Of a stretch of DNA of 64,000 bases, positions 9,943 through 19,705 are shown in pieces (positions within the stretch are counted from its first letter, which is position 1; each line of letters begins with the position of its first letter). Source of the stretch: Thermoproteota archaeon (GTDB taxonomy: Archaea; Korarchaeota; Korarchaeia; Korarchaeales; JAOZGB01); contig JAVCBU010000016.1 of NCBI GenBank assembly GCA_037917685.1, forward strand, positions 1-64,000. The letters are read 5' to 3'. Under the pieces are notes generated by a model that was not told the origin of the DNA, did not search any database, and worked only from the letters and a program-made list of their open reading frames with translations. Made by a program: the position numbers and the translations under genes.

Positions 9943-10734
9943 ATGGAGGAAGGCTTGTCGCAGGACAGGGAGATGTCCATTTGGGATCACATTGGCGAGC
10001 TTTCAGAGAGGCTTAAAATAATCCTGATAGCCGTTGGGATAGCGTCTTTACTAGTTGGGACTTTACCAGCAAACCCCTTCAACCTGTCATCGTATAGGAT
10101 AGGAAACTACACAACCATAGTCTCCCACATAATTAAAACACTTGAGGAGAACCTCCTGCCAGAGGAGGCGGAGATAATAGCTGGCGGCTGGATCGATGCC
10201 ATTAAAGTATATTTAACGGCGTCGCTGGCAATAGGTTTCGTGTTAGCCTCGCCAGTTGTCGCATATGAAACATGGATGTATATAAGTCCAGCCCTGTACT
10301 CGCATGAGAAGCGTGCTTTAACATCCTTCGTTATAGGATTTGTATTACTGTTTCTTTTAGGCGCGGTCTACACCTACTACCTTATAGTCCCAATAAGCTT
10401 CAAAGTCGTCCTCTGGATAGTTGTCAAGAGCGGGGCTGTCCCCACATTCACCCTAAGTGACTTCATAAACTTCATATTCTTATCTCTCGTAGCCACTGGC
10501 CTATTCTTCAACTTCCCCCTGATACTGCTTCTGCTTGTAAAGCTTGGAGTTATAAGCACCGAAACCCTGACGGGTAACGTGAGAAAAGTATTCCTGGTGA
10601 TACTTGTAGTAACAGCTGTGCTTACACCAGATCCCTCCCCCTTAAGCATGCTCCTTCTATCAGTACCATTCATGGGACTTTATATGCTAACAATACTAAT
10701 AGGGAGAAGGTTTGAAAGAGGTAAAATTGAATAG
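9943..10734 (+). CDS. tatC: Twin-arginine translocase subunit TatC
   Basis: MSIWDHIGEL, YISPALYSHE, AVLTPDPS; 6 TM helices. Confidence 0.93.
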   Translation: MEEGLSQDREMSIWDHIGELSERLKIILIAVGIASLLVGTLPANPFNLSSYRIGNYTTIVSHIIKTLEENLLPEEAEIIAGGWIDAIKVYLTASLAIGFVLASPVVAYETWMYISPALYSHEKRALTSFVIGFVLLFLLGAVYTYYLIVPISFKVVLWIVVKSGAVPTFTLSDFINFIFLSLVATGLFFNFPLILLLLVKLGVISTETLTGNVRKVFLVILVVTAVLTPDPSPLSMLLLSVPFMGLYMLTILIGRRFERGKIE

Positions 10735-10975
10735 GGGTTTAGGGATAACCCAGGTAGCTTTTCTCCTATCCAAGGAGGGATTTACTTTTAGAATACACGG
10801 GTACGAGGTGATCTCCCTTTCTCCGACGGGTGGGCTTTACATCTCAGTCTTGGAGGGCTGGAATCTTGCAATAATAAAAGTTTATAATTGGAGCAACATT
10901 AGCCTTGAGAAAACAGTCGATAAGGTTCGCAACCTTCTCCAGGAGATGGGGATGAGAGTTGAAATTTACTGGTGA
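10712..10975 (+). CDS. Small hypothetical protein (start may be TTG 10727)
   Basis: Overlaps both neighbours in operon fashion. Confidence 0.55.
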   Translation: MKEVKLNRGLGITQVAFLLSKEGFTFRIHGYEVISLSPTGGLYISVLEGWNLAIIKVYNWSNISLEKTVDKVRNLLQEMGMRVEIYW

Positions 10976-11711
10976 AACAGCCAAGAAACTGTTATATTAT
11001 TCGTCCTTAGGGTCTGCTCTCCTGTCCCTGGTTCTTTTAGCATACTTCTCAGTTTCAGGGGTAAGCTTATACCTATACACCTTTCTGGTTTTGCTGCTGT
11101 TTTTCTCATTGGTTGCTGAGATGCTTGTTAAAGAAGGATCGTATGGGGTGTTGTTCTTAGCGTACGGTTTGGGAGTGGGATACCTTTTCGAACTTATAGG
11201 GCTTAGGATAGGGCTTCCGTTTGGCAGGTACAAGTATAGCAGAGTATTACTACTTCCAGGCGGAGTCTTCGCGTTTACCCCTGCATTCTGGTACATGTTC
11301 TGCTACTCCTCTCACAGGGTTTCCACAGCGTTTAAAGGCCCAGGTAGGATTGTTTACTCGGTGTTCCTATCATTAGGCTTAGACTTAATAGTGGACCCGG
11401 CTATTTCAACCCTATTTGGCATACGCGTATGGAGCAATATGGGCTTACATTTTGGGGTTCCACTGTCCAGTTTCGTAGGTTGGATCCTGGTTTCAACGAT
11501 CATAATATTGCTCTACCATAGGCTTGGAAGGGAGAAGGGAGATGTCACTATACCTATAATAGTATATTCCGGGGTTTCCATAATATTTATAGTTATAGCT
11601 TTTAAGCTTAAAGCCTATATTATGTCGCTATTTGGAGTTGGGGTTTATCTTACTGCTATGGCGCCCTTAATAATTGAGAGATTGAATAATTTTATATTAG
11701 AAAAGACTTGA
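10959..11711 (+). CDS. Carotenoid-biosynthesis-family (CruF-like) membrane protein
   Basis: ELIG...PFGRYKY, DLIVDP, FGVPLSSFVGW. Confidence 0.7.
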   Translation: MKFTGETAKKLLYYSSLGSALLSLVLLAYFSVSGVSLYLYTFLVLLLFFSLVAEMLVKEGSYGVLFLAYGLGVGYLFELIGLRIGLPFGRYKYSRVLLLPGGVFAFTPAFWYMFCYSSHRVSTAFKGPGRIVYSVFLSLGLDLIVDPAISTLFGIRVWSNMGLHFGVPLSSFVGWILVSTIIILLYHRLGREKGDVTIPIIVYSGVSIIFIVIAFKLKAYIMSLFGVGVYLTAMAPLIIERLNNFILEKT

Positions 11712-11729
11712 ATATGGGACGGGATAGAC

Positions 11730-12074
11730 ATGTGGCAATTCGGCTTGTTATCCATCCTTGCCGTTCAATCTATAATATCGATAGTGGCCATTACGATAGC
11801 ATTATACCTTGCAGGTAAACTTCTAGCAGAGACTGAGAATATACTTTATGCCCTTGTAGCTGCCATAGTAGGCACCGTCATTGTCAGTGTAATAAGAATG
11901 TTTGTGAGATTCTTCGGCGTGCTGGTTGCCATAATAGCTTGGATTGCGATAATCAAGTACCTTTACAGGACTAGCTGGATTAAGGCTTTCGTCATGTCCA
12001 TAATCGCCGGGATAATCTATCTGTTCATATACGGCTTCCTCTTGCTAATCCTTGGACTATCGGCGGTTCTATAG
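11730..12074 (+). CDS. Small 4-TM membrane protein
   Basis: Hydrophobic 114-aa ORF with a plausible RBS. Confidence 0.7.
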   Translation: MWQFGLLSILAVQSIISIVAITIALYLAGKLLAETENILYALVAAIVGTVIVSVIRMFVRFFGVLVAIIAWIAIIKYLYRTSWIKAFVMSIIAGIIYLFIYGFLLLILGLSAVL

Positions 12075-12695
12075 TGGGTATATCTTCCTGCCGAAGCCGG
12101 TACCGGTGTTAGAATTATCATAGATTTCAAGGATGCGGAACAGGTAGGCCGGCCTCTGAGGCCAGCGTTCGACGTTAGGCTTGTGGAAAACGTCGTGTTG
12201 GGCATTGGCGTACCTATGGATTATACCTGATGTGTGGATTTCGACACGGCATCTAACCTCGTAGCTTATAACTGGTGGCTGGTAGAATAGGAGCGTTGCC
12301 TCTCCATTACTCTTTATGTTTTCCCAGCTATGTTTCATTGCCAGCTCAAGGCTTACCAGCTTAGTGAAGTCAATCCTCTCCATGCAGCCTTCACCATAGA
12401 TGTGCTTTACCAGAAGCTTTAACCCCTCTATGCTGTACCCCTCTCTCCATCCTGCGTTTATATGGTTCATGTAGTCTTCGAGGACCCCGTCGATGTATTC
12501 TCGTTTTGGTATGAAGCCTACGCCCTTAACCGACCCATTTAAGCCTGCAGGGCCGTGTGAGATAACTGTCGGCGTATGTCTTGTAAATCCGAGAAACATC
12601 TTTGCAGGCTCTACGATTTTTCCTTCAAGCTGGTTTTTGACCAGCTTGGCTCTACCCTTATAGATCCAGTTAATAAACTCCTCAGGTAATTCCAT
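12069..12695 (-). CDS. Conserved protein, possibly pyridoxamine 5'-phosphate oxidase-like split barrel
   Basis: NGSVKG, KHSWENIKSNGEATLLF, SYEVR resemble FMN split-barrel proteins. Confidence 0.55.
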   Translation of the reverse strand: MELPEEFINWIYKGRAKLVKNQLEGKIVEPAKMFLGFTRHTPTVISHGPAGLNGSVKGVGFIPKREYIDGVLEDYMNHINAGWREGYSIEGLKLLVKHIYGEGCMERIDFTKLVSLELAMKHSWENIKSNGEATLLFYQPPVISYEVRCRVEIHTSGIIHRYANAQHDVFHKPNVERWPQRPAYLFRILEIYDNSNTGTGFGRKIYPL

Positions 12696-12728
12696 AATCC
12701 ATCATCCTCATACTACATTTATATTGTA

Positions 12729-13187
12729 TTGCTGGAGTATTGGATTGGTAATTTTATGATAGGGATTGTTGAGCTTATAATTATCCTGTTGAAAATCATA
12801 GTTTTCTCAGCTATAATCTCGATACTGCTTGTTGTCGCCGGCGGCCTTGGAGGTTTCAGGAGTGTTCTACTTCTTCTGGGTGGCTTTATGCTATGTATGG
12901 GCCTCCTAATCCTTCTTAGGAGTGTGGGGTTCCTATCCTATTGCACGGTGACTGGGCTGGCTTGTCTTGTTCTAGGATTGCTTTACCTTACTGTCAGCCT
13001 TCTTGTCGGGCTCTTCCGGGTGGAGGGAAGGTTTCTACTCGTTACTTCAGTGAGTCTCCTACTCTACTTCGTGGGTGAGGTTTTCGGCTATTATGGTGTG
13101 ATAAGACTCAGTAGTTTTACTCTGTCATTTTCGTCGTTTCTTGTTCTCACTGGTATCCAGGTGATTCTTGAAACTTCTAGGAGATAG
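12729..13187 (+). CDS. Hypothetical membrane protein
   Basis: About 5 TM helices; ends 2 nt before the methyltransferase start. Confidence 0.6.
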   Translation: MLEYWIGNFMIGIVELIIILLKIIVFSAIISILLVVAGGLGGFRSVLLLLGGFMLCMGLLILLRSVGFLSYCTVTGLACLVLGLLYLTVSLLVGLFRVEGRFLLVTSVSLLLYFVGEVFGYYGVIRLSSFTLSFSSFLVLTGIQVILETSRR

Positions 13188-13189
13188 GG

Positions 13190-14368
13190 TTGAAACTGTT
13201 TAAGGTTAGAGGCAAGGTTTACATCGGCGGAGAAGGGGTAGAAAGGGTTGAAAGGGGGGAGCTCAACATATATCTGAAGTGGCTGAGGAAGGTTGAAAAT
13301 GCAAAGCCTGGTGACTACGTTGAGGTTAGAAGCGAGAGAGGGAAGCATCTCGGCTACGGTTTTTACGAGTCGATAGGAGCTATAGCTGTAAGAATCCTTT
13401 GCTACGAGAGAATAGATGATCCTGTTAAGGAAAAGCTTGGGGAAGCCCTGGAGAGGAGAAAAAATCTTAATCTTGGCAGCTTTTACAGGCTTGTCCACAG
13501 CGAGGCTGACGGTCTCCCCGGCCTGATCGTAGATGTCTATAACGATATTTGTGTGGTGTCATCCGCTTCGCTTGGCTTCGATAAAGTACTGGATCACGTG
13601 GGTTCAGTGCTTCAGGAGATGTTGGGGGTAAGGGTATATGCTAGAAACGATAGTAGACCTAGGAGAGAAGTTGGCCTAGAGACTTGGAGAGGCTGGCTAA
13701 GAGGTAAGGGAAAGCCGTGGACTATTATAGAGGAGAAGGGCGTGAAGTTCAAGGTTGATGTTGAGAAGGGCCAGAAGACGGGGTTCTTCATAGACCAGCG
13801 GATGAATAGGATACTTCTTGAAAGCCTAACACCGCCTGGAGCTAGAGTTCTCGACTTGTACTCTTATACCGGGGGATTCAGCCTTCACGCGTTAAAGGCG
13901 GGTGCAAGCCACGCAACCCTGGTGGACGAGTCTGAGGTAGCACTTAAGCTGGCGTATGAGAGTGCGGCCCTCAACCAGGTTGAGGGGCGGATCCTAACCC
14001 GTAATTTGAGGGTGAAAGAATTCCTTGAGAAAGCAATCAGGCGTGGGGAGGAGTATGACATAGTTATCATAGATCCTCCAGCTTTGGCGCCCTCCAGGGA
14101 CAGGGTCAGGGAAGCTGTGAAAACATACTTTTCAGCTAACCGGGATGCCTTCAAGGTTGTGTCGCGCGGAGGACTTGTTTTCACTTTTAGCTGTAGCAGG
14201 TTTATATCTGCGAGAACTTTTAGAAACATTGTTCTAGACGCTGCGAGGAAAGCCGGTAGAAGGATATGGTTTCTTGGAGGGGTTTATGGTCAGTCGCCGG
14301 ATCATCCGGAAGACCCTTTACATCCGTGGACATCGTACTTGAAGGGCTTTTTGCTCTTAGTTCATTGA
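13190..14368 (+). CDS. rlmI: RlmI/YccW-like class I SAM-dependent rRNA m5C methyltransferase
   Basis: PUA-like N-terminus, RLVHSEADGLPGLIVD, GQKTGFFIDQR, LYSYTGGF, DPP, SCS. Confidence 0.88.
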   Translation: MKLFKVRGKVYIGGEGVERVERGELNIYLKWLRKVENAKPGDYVEVRSERGKHLGYGFYESIGAIAVRILCYERIDDPVKEKLGEALERRKNLNLGSFYRLVHSEADGLPGLIVDVYNDICVVSSASLGFDKVLDHVGSVLQEMLGVRVYARNDSRPRREVGLETWRGWLRGKGKPWTIIEEKGVKFKVDVEKGQKTGFFIDQRMNRILLESLTPPGARVLDLYSYTGGFSLHALKAGASHATLVDESEVALKLAYESAALNQVEGRILTRNLRVKEFLEKAIRRGEEYDIVIIDPPALAPSRDRVREAVKTYFSANRDAFKVVSRGGLVFTFSCSRFISARTFRNIVLDAARKAGRRIWFLGGVYGQSPDHPEDPLHPWTSYLKGFLLLVH

Positions 14369-14377
14369 CATTAGAAT

Positions 14378-16051
14378 ATGGAGTTGGAATTTAACTATGT
14401 AAACTTTCAAATGGGAACTCGTCTTCCGACTGAGCTCTCTGGACACTTATCTTTATTTTTTATCACTTCCGTTATTACTACTGTGAGTAAAACCCTTAAA
14501 AGAAGCATTGCTGGTGGAGCGACCGTCATTCTTGCAGGGAATGTGATAAACATAATGTTTTCAATGCTTGCTGTAAAACTTTTGGTTAGGGGGCTTGGAA
14601 GCTCCGGGTACGGCTTATATTCCAAGATTATATCCCCTATACTCCTTTTACAGCCGTTAATCATAATATTTGGAGAAAGATACTATGCGTTCAGACATCT
14701 TTCGGCGTATATCGCCGGCGAAAACCATTCCGAAGCTTCAAATGTTGCTATGTTCCTTCTCCTTCTAAGGGTAAGCTATGGTTTCCTATTAACCATAATA
14801 GTCTACCTCTGTAGAGATTTTCTCGCTGCATATATAGGACATCCTGAGCTTAAAGGCCTGGTCGGGCTTGCATCCTTGTTGATTTTTCTAAATGGGATTT
14901 ATGAGATAGGTTACTCTTTTTCTATAGTTGAGGAGAGAGAGGAATACGTAGTTGTGAGCTCTGTTGTGTTAAACATCGTTAAGATTTCAGCCCTATTAAT
15001 TTTTCTTTTAACGTCGAATTTAGACCTTTACCAGGCCCTAATCTCTATAATATTAGGGTATGTCTCCAGCGATATAGTTCTTTTATTCCTATCGTCGCTC
15101 AGAGTTAAGCCCAAGCCTATCCACATAGGGGTGTACGCAGGCTATTTTAGGTCTATGCTCTCCTATAGCTTACCAATAGTATTTCATGTTTTAGCATTTA
15201 ACATGTGTCTCGAATTCCCGCTCATGATCTTCGCGCACCTAGGCTCAAATCTTGAGAATGCAGTCCTGAGAGTTTCAAATAGGTATTTTAAGATATTAGG
15301 AACTGTGGGGTCTGCTCTTACCTTGTCGATGATACCTAAAATAAGCGCTGAGGAGTCTCAGGAGGTCAGGCTTTCAGTTATTAGGGAGAGCATTCCGTAT
15401 TTCGGTTACGTCGGCTCATTACTTTCAGCATTTATGATAGGGTTACCTAGAAGTCTTCTAAGCATAATATCAGCTGCCTATATCAACTATTGGACTGTAA
15501 TAGCTATCATGGGGCTTTCAATGATCTTTACAATCTTTATCCCCCTTAGGACTCTCCTGGTAGTTAACTCTGGAAAAAGCCTAATACTTATAGGATTATC
15601 ACAGCTCCTATACACAGTAGCACTCTCATACCTCTTAAGTAGAAGCCTTATTTTAATTTCAGCTGTGTACCCACTGCTCTATGCCTTATACCTTTTATTG
15701 ACCGCTATCCCCCTCAGTAGACATATAAGTCTAGGTTTCATTCTGAAATTCGCTTCTATAAGCCTAGAGGCAGCTTTGATACCTGCCTTAATAGGCCAGG
15801 TAATGGATGTTTTCCTGGTGAAATATCAGTCTTACTTTCCATTCTACAGTCTAATTGTGGTATTTATCCCCTTCCTTGCGCTTCTTATCTTCATAATCCA
15901 TGTAAACGTTTACGTCTGTCTTAAAGGCTTAGCCCCCCAGAAAATAGTCAACATGTACACAGCCGTAAACCTACCTTCGAAGCTTAAAATGATCATTGTG
16001 GAACTGTTAAAAACTATAATAGTCGGTTTTGAAGATACTAAAGACCTCTAA
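14378..16051 (+). CDS. Wzx/RfbX-like oligosaccharide flippase (start probably GTG 14483)
   Basis: RGLGSSGYGLYS first-loop motif, about 14 TM helices, SMLSYSLP. Confidence 0.78.
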   Translation: MELEFNYVNFQMGTRLPTELSGHLSLFFITSVITTVSKTLKRSIAGGATVILAGNVINIMFSMLAVKLLVRGLGSSGYGLYSKIISPILLLQPLIIIFGERYYAFRHLSAYIAGENHSEASNVAMFLLLLRVSYGFLLTIIVYLCRDFLAAYIGHPELKGLVGLASLLIFLNGIYEIGYSFSIVEEREEYVVVSSVVLNIVKISALLIFLLTSNLDLYQALISIILGYVSSDIVLLFLSSLRVKPKPIHIGVYAGYFRSMLSYSLPIVFHVLAFNMCLEFPLMIFAHLGSNLENAVLRVSNRYFKILGTVGSALTLSMIPKISAEESQEVRLSVIRESIPYFGYVGSLLSAFMIGLPRSLLSIISAAYINYWTVIAIMGLSMIFTIFIPLRTLLVVNSGKSLILIGLSQLLYTVALSYLLSRSLILISAVYPLLYALYLLLTAIPLSRHISLGFILKFASISLEAALIPALIGQVMDVFLVKYQSYFPFYSLIVVFIPFLALLIFIIHVNVYVCLKGLAPQKIVNMYTAVNLPSKLKMIIVELLKTIIVGFEDTKDL

Positions 16052-16078
16052 GCAATAGTAACGGTTTTAGCGTATTTT

Positions 16079-16118
16079 AACAGGAAATTCTGACTTTTAA
16101 CAAGAAATTCTGACTTTG
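16079..16118. repeat. 20-bp imperfect tandem duplication
   Basis: aacaggaaattctgactttt / aacaagaaattctgactttg. Confidence 0.8.
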
Positions 16119-16163
16119 GATGTAACATTTAAGTCTATCCCTAATGTTATTAGAGAGGTTAAA

Positions 16164-16933
16164 ATGCGTGTTGCTGTTATTGGGCTCGATGGCGTTGCCT
16201 GGCATGTTCTTAAGCCTTTAATCGATAGAGGAGCTATGCCGGCTCTTGGTAAGTTAGTAGGAGGATCTTTGAAGGGGTTTTAAGGTCAACCATGCCGCCA
16301 ACACCACCAGCATGGACGAGCATAGCTTCAGGGGTTAACCCTGGTAAACACGGCATTTTCAGCTTCGTAAAGATGAATAAAGAGGGGAAGGCTGGAGTTG
16401 TGATCTCCCTGGATGTGAAAGCGCCTAGAATTCATGAAATGGTTGCTCTTAGAGGTTTAAGGGCTGTCTGCGTGAACCACCCATTAACATATCCGGTGTT
16501 TAAACTCAGAAATCTATATACGATTACAGACTGGCTAGGGCCTGAAATTCAGTTTCACCCTAAAGGAATTGAGAATTATGGGGCGAGATTTAAACCATAT
16601 GAGACCTACAAGTATACCGTTAGGGAAGAGTTCCTTAGAAACCTATATAGAAACTCTCAGAGCAGGTTTAGAGTAATAATTGAAATGATGGAAAATCTTG
16701 ATTGGAATCTCTTTTGGGTGGTTCTCAGCGAGCCAGACCACATCCTCCATAGATGGTATGAGGAAGCTCTTAAGGGCTGCGAAGAAGTAGATCTGATCTT
16801 CAAAAATATGGATGAAGTGATAAAAGCCGCAGTTGAAATTTCAGGCTATGTCGTCATTGCTTCCGACCACGGCTTTTATAGATACAAATACTTAGTATAT
16901 GTATATGGATTCTCTGATACTTTACGTCGATAG
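16164..16933 (+). pseudogene. AlkP-superfamily (type I phosphodiesterase/NPP-like) protein, frameshifted and C-terminally truncated
   Basis: MRVAVIGLDG from ATG 16164; frameshift in aaggggtttt near 16275; then STMPPTPPAWTSIASGVNPGKHGI, DHILH, SDHG and an abrupt stop. Confidence 0.85.
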
Positions 16934-16974
16934 ATGTGTGAATTTTTGCCTCAAAGGAGGAGGTAAAAAGAAAG

Positions 16975-17040
16975 TAAAATATAGAAAGTCAGATATACCA
17001 TGCTTCCCCAGGCTTACCCCTGTTGAAATACTAGCGCGCT
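16975..17040 (-). pseudogene. Fragment of a second AlkP-superfamily gene
   Basis: ASISTGVSLGKHGISDF matches the WTSIASGVNPGKHGIFSF motif of the neighbour. Boundaries approximate. Confidence 0.55.
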
Positions 17041-17136
17041 TGTCGTGGGTACGGTAGGATTCAAGTGTGGCTAAAAGCTTCTGGAATGTTTTGTAGCTAG
17101 TTTTCTGACATCTATCTGTTAAGTAGCTATTTTCTA

Positions 17137-18028
17137 TCAAGCAACAATAGACTTAATATGCAGTCCTGCATGGGCATATTCGTATGGTTTGTTAGGGTCT
17201 TTGTATTTATGTAGCGGATGTTTCTTCCAGGGTAAAAGACCTATGTGATGTCTGGTTAATTCCTCCATCATTTGATGGTGGGGAAGAAAGCCTAAAGATA
17301 TTATAGGCATGTTGGTTAGTAATTTATTATCTCCTATTACTGTTAATTTGCCCACTTTATTCTGTTTGAATATTTCGATCAAGCCACTAACGTTTCTATA
17401 AGGTTGTGGACGTGATTGGGAGAGATCATTACCCACGTACACTGAGGATAAATGTTTACTTTCTATTTGACTCACTTTCAGCGTCTCACTTTCTATCAAC
17501 GAAGGAAAGTTTGGAACTACAAAAACGTGGCTGTTGTGCTTTCTATGTTCTTTCGCTACGGTTTCTGTAGTTGTTATAACTGCTGAAGCTTTTTCTAATA
17601 TCTCTTTTTCCCACCTTTCCATTAACCAACTCTTGTAGGTGTGGGAAAGTGTATTGTAAAGTTTCGTCTTTACCTGACTCTTCGAGGAAATAGACCAGTA
17701 CTCATGATCATCATAAATAAAGGGGATATTTGATTCGCAGGCTAGTTTGCCAGCAATGATGTTGTGGGCATGAATCAAATCAGGTTTACACTCTGAAATT
17801 ACTTTTTTAGGCTTTTTTAAGCCGTTTCCAATATGGGGGGATTTTTAGATTTGCTTTTCCATTAAATGGAATAGAATACGTTTTTTCAAAAGTTTTGAGT
17901 GGGAAAGCGAAACTACGTATTTGAGGACCTGCGAAAAAGACGGTATGTCCCTTCTTTTTCGCGGTATGTGCTGCCTTTTCAACCCGTGAATCTGGCAATG
18001 GATCGTGCGAGAGACTTAGAATTCTCAT
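17137..18028 (-). pseudogene. GT4-like glycosyltransferase, frameshifted near 17805 and truncated
   Basis: MRILSLS...DSRVEK, then KPDLIHAH, YDDHEY, PNFP, PNKPYEYAHAGL in the next frame across an A6-GCCT-A6 tract. Confidence 0.85.
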
Positions 18029-18080
18029 ACATGCTCTTTTAAATTTTGCATGTATTTCTATTTAAACATAGTGTAGGATT

Positions 18081-18360
18081 ATGAAGCTTAACATAGGCTG
18101 TGGTTCTTCATTTGAAGGTGACGTTCGGATAGATATGAGATAAGTGTAATGCCGTTTAATGCCGTTTAAAGCCGTCTAAAGAGATTAAGCGAGTTATGAG
18201 GGATGATGGATTTGCTCTTATAACAGTTCCAAACTTAACTGAATTAAGAAGAATACTCTCAATAGCAAAAATCCTTTAAAGGTTCGTTATGTTGAAATAG
18301 ATCATAAGCAAGGCTGGAATGCCATTGAATTTACTCGCTTGGCTTTTCAAGCTGGGCGCG
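18081..18360 (+). pseudogene. SAM-dependent methyltransferase (Methyltransf_11-like) remnant with an internal deletion
   Basis: MKLNIGCG...RID* then EIKRVMRDDGFALITVPN; the middle motifs are missing. End approximate. Confidence 0.7.
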
Positions 18361-18498
18361 TATAATGGCTATTGATCCTTATGGTAACTGATGAATAGTA
18401 GCGTAGGGTGTGATGTAGACTATCCGAGATAAGTGTAATGCCTTTAAACAGCTAACAAAAACCTTCTTTAAATATTTGGATGAAGATCTGTTCCATAA

Positions 18499-19695
18499 TC
18501 AGCCATAGTATATGCCGCCTGCTATTATTCTTCCATTCTTCTGGAGTACAAATCTACCAAGTTCGGGAAGTATTGAAACTTTTTCTAAAACCACTGGCTT
18601 CTCAAACTCTAGATAAACGGTACCTATTTCCGCCTGCCTTATTACACCTTTGGATGGTAGCTTTTCCAAGCTTTCAACGTCAACTTTATCCTCTACCCTA
18701 CTAATCCTACATTTTACTTCCTGGGTGGCGCATCTGAACAGGTAGCTTTCACCCTCCTTCACCTCCCCTATAAGGCAGAGCACGGAAGACTTCACATTGT
18801 CGGTAACTACCGGGTTTCCACCTCTTGCTATAACGTCTCCCCTGCCTGGGCTGAACCCTGATAGGATTAACCCGACAGCCTTTGGCCTACAGGCTCTTCC
18901 AAGCCTTCCTTCAAAGGTAACTATGCCTTTTACGGTTGCATTTACCCCTTCAGGGTAAACTGTAACCTCAGATCCCTCTGAGATACATCCGGAAAGGATG
19001 TTTCCTACATAAACCCTTTCTCCCTTTAATATATACTGGTCCTGCACCGGCATCCTGAAATCATACTCTGTTTTTGTAACGTTTAGAGCGTCTAGGGCTT
19101 GGAGTAGGGTTGGACCCCTATACCAGCCCATTCTTGGAGAGGGTATTACCACGTTGTCCCCATTATAGGCTGACACCGGTATAACGTGGGTTGGTGGTAT
19201 GCCTATAGCTTTAAGGTACTTTTCGCATTCCTGAGCTACTCTAACATATTCATCCTTGTCATAGTTTATAAGGTCCATCTTGTTAACCGCAAGGATTACT
19301 TGCTTTATTCCAAGAAGTTTGAGAATGTAGGCGTGTCTCCTGGTTTGCTCCTCAGCTTCACGGGTTACGTCTACGATGAGTATTGCAGCCTCAGCCTGGC
19401 TTGCACCTGTAACCATGTTTTTAAGGAACTCCTTGTGGCCTGGGGCGTCTATAATGGTGTAGCCTCTCTTTCCGCTTTTGAAGAACGTCTGTGTTGTTTC
19501 AATGGTCATCTCCCTCCTTCTTTCCTCCTCGAGAGCGTCTGCGATGTAGGAGAATTCCATTTTATGTCCAAGCATGCTGCAGGTGTTCTCTATCTCCCTT
19601 AGCTTCTCCTCGGGGACGGATCCGGTGTCGTAGAGCAGCCTCCCTATAAGGGTGGACTTCCCATGGTCCACATGGCCTACAATAACAATATTCAT
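18499..19695 (-). CDS. cysN: Sulfate adenylyltransferase GTPase subunit (no APS-kinase fusion)
   Basis: [47 protein letters not shown]; directly downstream of cysD. Confidence 0.9.
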   Translation of the reverse strand: MNIVIVGHVDHGKSTLIGRLLYDTGSVPEEKLREIENTCSMLGHKMEFSYIADALEEERRREMTIETTQTFFKSGKRGYTIIDAPGHKEFLKNMVTGASQAEAAILIVDVTREAEEQTRRHAYILKLLGIKQVILAVNKMDLINYDKDEYVRVAQECEKYLKAIGIPPTHVIPVSAYNGDNVVIPSPRMGWYRGPTLLQALDALNVTKTEYDFRMPVQDQYILKGERVYVGNILSGCISEGSEVTVYPEGVNATVKGIVTFEGRLGRACRPKAVGLILSGFSPGRGDVIARGGNPVVTDNVKSSVLCLIGEVKEGESYLFRCATQEVKCRISRVEDKVDVESLEKLPSKGVIRQAEIGTVYLEFEKPVVLEKVSILPELGRFVLQKNGRIIAGGIYYG

Positions 19696-19705
19696 GCCTT
19701 ACACC

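Noticed and set aside
18499-19695. EF-1alpha or SelB assignment for the translational-GTPase-like ORF
   Set aside because: EQTRRH and SAxxGDNV motifs and coupling to cysD indicate CysN.
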